Shown piece by piece: positions 33,359-38,586 of a DNA stretch of 38,586 bases. The translations under genes were made by a program, and so were the position numbers. Within the stretch, counting starts at the first letter, position 1. The number at the start of each line of letters is the position of its first letter. The stretch is taken from NCBI GenBank assembly GCA_964466395.1, contig CAYXNK010000001.1, positions 4,696 to 43,281 of the forward strand, in the 5' to 3' direction. Under the pieces are notes generated by a model. It saw only the letters and a list, made by a program, of their open reading frames with translations, did not search any database and was not told where the DNA came from. Origin of the DNA: an uncultured Oscillospiraceae bacterium. GTDB taxonomy: Bacteria > Bacillota > Clostridia > Oscillospirales > Oscillospiraceae.

Positions 33359-36271
33359 TTATTTTTGTCCTACGAACCAATCATCGTAGGCAGAATCTTT
33401 TATTGTAATTGAGTTGGTTACCACAGATGACATGAGCATACCGGAGGGAGTCCAGCAATCGCGCTTGACAACTTTAACTGCATATCCGCCGTCCGGATAC
33501 CAAAGCGGTGTAAAATGCACCCTGCCGTAGTCCTCATTTTCACGGAACACCCAATAGGAACCTGATCGACCAAGTGTCCGGTATTTTTCGTTCTGACTTG
33601 AATAATTAAATTCCGGAAATGCGGCATATGCATATTGAACACCGGTATAAGCACTACTATTGGGTTGCTTATATCCGAGCAGCATTGTAAGGGCATTATA
33701 AGTCTTCAGGCTGATTCCGTAACCGGATTTCATTGTCCAGTCGCTACCGTTTTGAATAGCTGTAGCTCCGGTTGCCGGAGTAATTGTTTTAGTCCCGCCA
33801 TTGTAAATACCAATCGCAAAGTAATCCTTTGTAAATCCACCATTTACATATCTATATTCCCACCATGTTGCATTTCCTGATGAAGTCGCCGGAGTTTGCG
33901 GTACAGAAAACTCGGACGGTGTAGCTTCTTCAAACTGTGTATCCGGCGTTTTTGATATAATGTTTGGTACGGTGCTGTAAGTCCGCGTGTACGCATTGTA
34001 AAATTTGCCATCATCAATAATGCTTGCGGTAATTTTTACATTACTGTAGTTTAAACCGGAAGGAACCTGCCACTTGAAATACACAAGATTTTTATCCTTA
34101 CCGGGAACAACAACATACGGATTTGAATTTACCGAAATAATCGTTCCGTCCGACTTGCACACCTTGAAATGTGCTGTAATTTCATCTGTTGGAATGTAAT
34201 TATCACGATACCCGTTTTTAACCCAAAAGCTGGATACAACCCATGTACCTTCACGGTAAGCCGCATTCGGAGCAATCGGATAAATACGAAGTGGATGATT
34301 GACCTTACAGCTTAAATACATGGTGTTGTTATAGCGGTTGGTTTCATATCCCGTGTTGTAAATTCCAGCACCATCCAAATATACACCGCCCCAAATTGAA
34401 AAAGTGCGCTTATTTGGCACTTCAAAGGAATAGCCGTTTACATTGATGGATTTTCCGGGTTCAATGGCATAGATGCCGGGAATCTGACTGCGGTTATCGT
34501 TATAACCGTTGACATAGATGGTGCAGGAGGTATTGTTCTTGTAGGTGTACTGTACGGTAATTTGCTGTCCGGCTTCCAAATCAGTCGGGTCAACATAATA
34601 GCCGCTTTCACCAATCAGTCGGATATTGGTAATCTCAGCGTCTGCTTTGACAATGGGAATGTTTGCCCAATTGCTCTGATAGGTGTGTGGTGCATCCGCT
34701 GTCCATTCCGAAGCAAATAATACCGGAATACGATTTGAGCCATTGGTATTAGCGCTATTGTCCGGCACGGTATACGGATATAACGAACTGTATTTATTAT
34801 AGGAGCCATATTTATTGATGCCGATATTATTAGATTGCATATCCCAAAGCTCTGTCCATTTGCTGTTTTTCCATGCGTACATTGTGCCGCCAAAATTGTT
34901 ATAGGAAGTCCATGAATTATTCGAGGTAAAGGTATATTTCGGATAAACTCGCTGACCGTAGTACACAGAGCCGCTTGAACCTGCATCACCGTCATAAGCG
35001 GCAACAGCACCGGAAATGCTGTACATCGTTACCTGATAGCGGTTGATTTTCGGGCGAATGGGAATATAAAAGGTCTTTTCAGCGCCCCATTTCTGAACAT
35101 TACCGTTACCGTCAATCCAGTCCACACGGGCTTTTATATAATATCCGCTGCGCCCGGCATCCACCGTTGTCGGAGAGAGCGCAACATCATACCACGTGTT
35201 ACTGTTGCTCCAGACATTACGAGAGGTTGAACCCCCGCCGTCAACCCATACGGTCTGACGAACGTAGCAATTTTCACTTTCAGCCGGAAAATTAACGGCA
35301 TACCATACGGTATCACCCATGATCGGATAGCCATGTCCATAGTCATAATCATTGAAAGAACTACCATAGCTGATTCCGTAGTGGTTGTTGCGTGAGCTTT
35401 TTGAACCCGGCCACGCTTCACATTTATTCACACTCAAGTTCGGTGTAAAATCCGGTTTTGTTTGGGTAAACGCAATGCCGACACCGTAACCGGTGTTGAT
35501 TATCGTATAGAAAGTCGCCTGTTTAGAGAGCGCACCGACACCGTCCCACAACCCCTGACCATCCGGCGTATAAAGAGAGTTGGGATAATGCTTGTTGGTA
35601 TATGCAGCAATAAATCCCCATGAAGCACTGGTACTGCTTCCACCGCCATTGCTTGATGCGCCAAGGATATATTTGCCGTAAACAGCGATTTCGGTTGGCG
35701 TCACGCTATGATAGACACTTTGTAGCCGCACATCATAAAGTGGCTCGACAAGAACCTTGTCTCCGTTTTTCAGTGCGTCAATATCGTTAATGCCAAGTTT
35801 ATAGAGTACAGCATTCAGGTTGGTCGTGTTGTTCTGCCATGAATTCATTCCGTTTGGAGTCGGCAGTCCCCAAGCAAAGCCCATGTTGCCTTCTTTATAA
35901 CAGTTACTATTGTTATTTGAAGTGCCGAAGCCCCAATTCTGACGGTCAATCAGCTGCTTTTTATTGTATTTGCTGTTGAATTTATAGGCTGAACCATATG
36001 CCAGATTGCCGTAGGAGGTGCCGCGGAACACATCAATGACGGCATCGTTTTTGGTACCGCCGCTTTTCGTAACCACACTGAAACGATACCCAAGGCAGTT
36101 ATCATCGGTGGTACGTACCGCGTATCCGTTCGCTCCGGCAGGATAACCGCCGCCACCGCCGCCCGCCGTGCTGCCGTCCCATTCCAAAGCAAGCGCTGTT
36201 TGACTGAATACGCCTATGAACGTCATTACAATCAGCAGACAGGATAACAGCTTGAAGAATTTTTTCTTCAT
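33359..36271 (-). CDS. 970-aa secreted protein of unknown family (candidate surface or pilus-associated adhesin)
   Basis: Sec signal peptide MKKKFFKLLSCLLIVMTFIGVFSQTALA. The mature part is rich in Tyr/Asn/Gly/Trp/Thr/Ser. I found no LPXTG, choline-binding, SLH or C-terminal TM anchor. Confidence 0.85.
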   Translation of the reverse strand: MKKKFFKLLSCLLIVMTFIGVFSQTALALEWDGSTAGGGGGGYPAGANGYAVRTTDDNCLGYRFSVVTKSGGTKNDAVIDVFRGTSYGNLAYGSAYKFNSKYNKKQLIDRQNWGFGTSNNNSNCYKEGNMGFAWGLPTPNGMNSWQNNTTNLNAVLYKLGINDIDALKNGDKVLVEPLYDVRLQSVYHSVTPTEIAVYGKYILGASSNGGGSSTSASWGFIAAYTNKHYPNSLYTPDGQGLWDGVGALSKQATFYTIINTGYGVGIAFTQTKPDFTPNLSVNKCEAWPGSKSSRNNHYGISYGSSFNDYDYGHGYPIMGDTVWYAVNFPAESENCYVRQTVWVDGGGSTSRNVWSNSNTWYDVALSPTTVDAGRSGYYIKARVDWIDGNGNVQKWGAEKTFYIPIRPKINRYQVTMYSISGAVAAYDGDAGSSGSVYYGQRVYPKYTFTSNNSWTSYNNFGGTMYAWKNSKWTELWDMQSNNIGINKYGSYNKYSSLYPYTVPDNSANTNGSNRIPVLFASEWTADAPHTYQSNWANIPIVKADAEITNIRLIGESGYYVDPTDLEAGQQITVQYTYKNNTSCTIYVNGYNDNRSQIPGIYAIEPGKSINVNGYSFEVPNKRTFSIWGGVYLDGAGIYNTGYETNRYNNTMYLSCKVNHPLRIYPIAPNAAYREGTWVVSSFWVKNGYRDNYIPTDEITAHFKVCKSDGTIISVNSNPYVVVPGKDKNLVYFKWQVPSGLNYSNVKITASIIDDGKFYNAYTRTYSTVPNIISKTPDTQFEEATPSEFSVPQTPATSSGNATWWEYRYVNGGFTKDYFAIGIYNGGTKTITPATGATAIQNGSDWTMKSGYGISLKTYNALTMLLGYKQPNSSAYTGVQYAYAAFPEFNYSSQNEKYRTLGRSGSYWVFRENEDYGRVHFTPLWYPDGGYAVKVVKRDCWTPSGMLMSSVVTNSITIKDSAYDDWFVGQK

Positions 36272-36297
36272 CAGATCATCGTCCTTTCCTAATCAGA

Positions 36298-36333
36298 ATA
36301 AAAAAAGAGCCTGACTGATTGAAGTCAAGCTCT
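36298..36333 (-). terminator. Rho-independent terminator between the Cys-rich gene and the 970-aa gene
   Basis: 11-bp stem with 1 mismatch (agagcttgact / agtcaggctct on the minus strand), followed by TTTTTTTATT. Confidence 0.6.
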
Positions 36334-36351
36334 CTGATATAAATATTGTGT

Positions 36352-37077
36352 TTATTTGCAGGTGTGACAGGTGCGGCTTTCCACATGCTCTCCGCAGAAC
36401 GGGCAGTCGCAAGCATTGATATACTGTGTGCAGGTGTCGTTCTGTCCGCTACCGATTTTCTTTCCGCAGGTCTGGCAATACTCAATCGGATTTTTCTGTG
36501 CATTATACTCCGGACACTTTGTCGGATCACATCTTGGAAATCCCCATTCGTTTACAGCATAAAAGGATAAACAGGAATGAGAACCGCAGTAAGGACAACC
36601 CTCCAGCTCCAAATTCAGAAGATACGCGTGATTTTCTGCGGTTTTGCAGTGATGATCGGCGGCTCCGCAACTATATTCTTCATTGTTTTCGATACCGCCG
36701 ATTTGAATGCCGCCGGTGTTTTCTTCTGCTTTGGAATCCGCAGGAGGATCAGCTTCTTCTGCGGCAGTCACATTGCTCTGTGCCTTTTCACCGGTGTTTT
36801 TGGAGCCTTCAGTGTCGGGAGTGTTTTCATCCGGCTTGAGTGCGTTGCCGTCATCTGAAATCTCGCTTACCGTAGTTTCCGCACTATTTGTAGTATCAGA
36901 AACCGGATTGTCAATAATCACATCGTTTTCACTCTCGGTTGCGGATGTATCGGGAGTGTCGGTTGGCACCGTTTCTTTTCGGGAAGTAGCCACGCATACG
37001 ACTGTGATTACAAGTGCCAGTGCAACCACTCCGGACAGAATGGCAAGGAACTTTTTGCTTTTAAAAAACTGCTTCAA
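36352..37077 (-). CDS. N-terminally anchored protein with an acidic linker and a 15-Cys C-terminal domain
   Basis: KSKKFLAILSGVVALALVITVVCVA anchor. The linker is rich in D/E/T/S/N. The last ~110 aa carry CxxC pairs (CPYCGSHSC, CQTCG, CDCPFCG, CHTC). Confidence 0.7.
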   Translation of the reverse strand: MKQFFKSKKFLAILSGVVALALVITVVCVATSRKETVPTDTPDTSATESENDVIIDNPVSDTTNSAETTVSEISDDGNALKPDENTPDTEGSKNTGEKAQSNVTAAEEADPPADSKAEENTGGIQIGGIENNEEYSCGAADHHCKTAENHAYLLNLELEGCPYCGSHSCLSFYAVNEWGFPRCDPTKCPEYNAQKNPIEYCQTCGKKIGSGQNDTCTQYINACDCPFCGEHVESRTCHTCK

Positions 37078-37088
37078 AGAAACACCTC

Positions 37089-37577
37089 CTAAAATTTTTC
37101 AGATAATGCTGAGTTGACCGTTACGGGAATGACAGCATACCGAACAATCCTGCTGTTAAACCAAATCGGCAAATACAGTGTATAGCGAAGCTGTATTTTC
37201 ATTGTATTTTCTTCACGGAAGGTGATGGTTGGACTGGTTATCCTGTATTTCAGCTTTCCATCATTATCATAAGCATACAGGTAATAGCCGCCTTTTTCAA
37301 GACTGCAAAATCGGCACAGATCATCAATATACACATTTCTGTCAAGTGCTTCGGTGTAATCGTTGCCTTGCTTGATGCTGTTATATATCTCGATTGAGTT
37401 TTTCATGATATAGCTGTCAAACACGGTTTCGGTGTTTTCCTTTGTAATGCGCACCATTGAAGCGGCAGAATAAAAGAACAGAAAAACCGAGAAAATCATA
37501 CAAATCACTAAAATCAGCACACACGGAAAGATGTAGCCCTCGCCGCGCTTACTTTTAATCCATTTCATCATCTGCAC
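37089..37577 (-). CDS. TadE/DUF4320-like pseudopilin-type protein (162 aa)
   Basis: The N-terminus KSKRGEGYIFPCVLILVICMIFSVFLFF parallels the adjacent gene. Abuts the upstream gene. Confidence 0.55.
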   Translation of the reverse strand: MQMMKWIKSKRGEGYIFPCVLILVICMIFSVFLFFYSAASMVRITKENTETVFDSYIMKNSIEIYNSIKQGNDYTEALDRNVYIDDLCRFCSLEKGGYYLYAYDNDGKLKYRITSPTITFREENTMKIQLRYTLYLPIWFNSRIVRYAVIPVTVNSALSEKF

Positions 37578-37991
37578 CTACTTCCAATACTTTTCAGAGA
37601 TACCCGACTTTGAAACGGACACGGTAATGGGTATTTTGAATATGCCCAATCCCTTGAGATGGGTTGTTACATCAATCGTCACCGTCATGGTATCTCCAAG
37701 CTGAACGCGCTGATAGGAGCTGTTATAGTATTTTTCCGCTTCGGTATCTATGCCGTAGTAATAATACTTGTCAAGCAGTGCGGTATCTCTACTCCAAAAG
37801 TCGTCTCCGTAGCATCCGGTATAGGTTGCCGTTTCAATCAATTCGTCGCAAATCTCATCTATTTCGGTTTTCAGCGTAACAAAGCTAAAAATGTTGATGA
37901 TAACGACAAGCATCATCACGAACACCAGCATTCCAACACAGGTATCAATGTACCCCTCGCCGCGTTTGGAGCGCAGTATTTTTTTAATCAT
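37578..37991 (-). CDS. DUF4320 / TadE-like protein (137 aa)
   Basis: RSKRGEGYIDTCVGMLVFVMMLVVIINIF is the signature N-terminus of Clostridial Tad-locus DUF4320 proteins (from memory). Confidence 0.6.
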   Translation of the reverse strand: MIKKILRSKRGEGYIDTCVGMLVFVMMLVVIINIFSFVTLKTEIDEICDELIETATYTGCYGDDFWSRDTALLDKYYYYGIDTEAEKYYNSSYQRVQLGDTMTVTIDVTTHLKGLGIFKIPITVSVSKSGISEKYWK

Positions 37992-38005
37992 TTCACAGCA
38001 CCCCC

Positions 38006-38586
38006 TTAATTAAATAGAACGCCGAGAGAGGACATGATTTGTGCAACAATGACTACAAGGTAAATTAACATAAAGCAGAAAAGCAGACACATAGATAATC
38101 TTTTGACTTTACGCGGCACCTTCTGTGCCTGAAGCCTTAACTGCTGTCGCTGAATATCATTGAATTTGAGCGACAGTGAAGCCCAGTAAACAGCGGTATC
38201 GTCACCGCGTAGAATCCCGCAAAGTCCCCGGCACACATCGCTCATCATGGATGAACCAACGCGGCTCTCCAGCCTTGTTAAAGCCGCTTCATAGTTGCCA
38301 CTTTTCATATCCGCCACGGTAATATCCAACTCATGCACCATTTCTGCACCCGCGTTTTCCGCATAAGATTCCAGCATATACAGCACATCGCGGTTATGCT
38401 TTAAGGTTTTCTCAATCGTAAACACAAGCCGCGGCAGCTCATATTCAATCTTTCTTCGCTTTTCCTTAATACGCATACTGACACTTTTCAGTTCACGGCG
38501 ATAGAGAAAGAAAGCCATGAACAGAATGACCGGACACAGAAACGGAAAAATAAACAGCACCGGAATGGCAAAGATGCCAACCAGTG
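38006..38586 (-). CDS. TadB/TadC-like (T2SS F-domain) membrane protein; 5' end outside the window
   Basis: The reading frame stays open to the window edge (..LVGIFAIPVLFIFPF...). TM segments flank a helical cytoplasmic domain. It lies upstream of the TadE-like genes. Confidence 0.65.
   Translation of the reverse strand, partial: LVGIFAIPVLFIFPFLCPVILFMAFFLYRRELKSVSMRIKEKRRKIEYELPRLVFTIEKTLKHNRDVLYMLESYAENAGAEMVHELDITVADMKSGNYEAALTRLESRVGSSMMSDVCRGLCGILRGDDTAVYWASLSLKFNDIQRQQLRLQAQKVPRKVKRLSMCLLFCFMLIYLVVIVAQIMSSLGVLFN

Larger units (their letters stand above)
5608..38586 (-). mobile_element. conjugative-transfer region of a Firmicutes-type ICE or conjugative element (partial; the right end is outside the window)
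   Basis: Co-oriented genes for relaxase, MobC, VirD4, VirB4, PrgI, VirB6-like, Maff2, PcfB and a cell-wall hydrolase, plus accessory genes. The composition differs visibly from 1-5.6 kb. Confidence 0.8.

Noticed and set aside
36276-36530. 84-aa minus-strand ORF spanning the terminator and the 3' end of the Cys-rich gene
   Set aside because: It is out of frame with the well-supported 241-aa gene and runs across an intrinsic terminator. There is no RBS.
1-38586. Search for CRISPR arrays, tRNA or rRNA genes and long tandem repeats
   Set aside because: By eye I saw no regularly spaced direct repeats, no cloverleaf-compatible segments in the few intergenic gaps, and no rRNA-like sequence. A computational scan (tRNAscan-SE, Infernal, CRT) would be needed for certainty.

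Overview
Nearly all real genes are on the minus strand. There are two compositionally different parts. (1) About 1-5.6 kb is visibly AT-rich. It holds a truncated double zinc-ribbon gene, an XRE regulator, an HTH-GGDEF diguanylate cyclase with an orphan receiver protein, a phage-type tyrosine integrase bracketed by a perfect 19-bp inverted repeat, an AbrB-like gene, a SLOG/DUF1273 gene broken by an in-frame TAA, and another XRE regulator. (2) About 5.6-38.6 kb has visibly higher G+C and is the transfer region of a Firmicutes/Clostridia-type integrative conjugative element (ICE). It encodes an M23 cell-wall hydrolase, VirB4-like ATPase, PrgI/VirB3-like protein, orphan DNA methyltransferase, VirB6-like protein, Maff2, VirD4 coupling protein, ArdC-like protein, PcfB, relaxase, MobC and a candidate oriT. 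Beyond oriT lie a Toprim/DUF3991 protein, an XRE-Fic-zinc-ribbon cassette, a 2,954-aa polyvalent ArdC-N/MutS-I-like/N6-MTase/SNF2-helicase protein and a run of translationally coupled unknown genes. The right end has a 970-aa secreted protein, a Cys-rich anchored protein and the distal end of a Tad-like pilus operon that runs off the window. The most unusual observation is a complete TnpV-family gene with its own Shine-Dalgarno, nested on the same strand but out of frame inside the giant ORF. It coincides exactly with a low-complexity stretch of the host frame. I saw no rRNA, tRNA or CRISPR array. All family assignments rest on motifs read by eye and on memory of the families. No searches were run.
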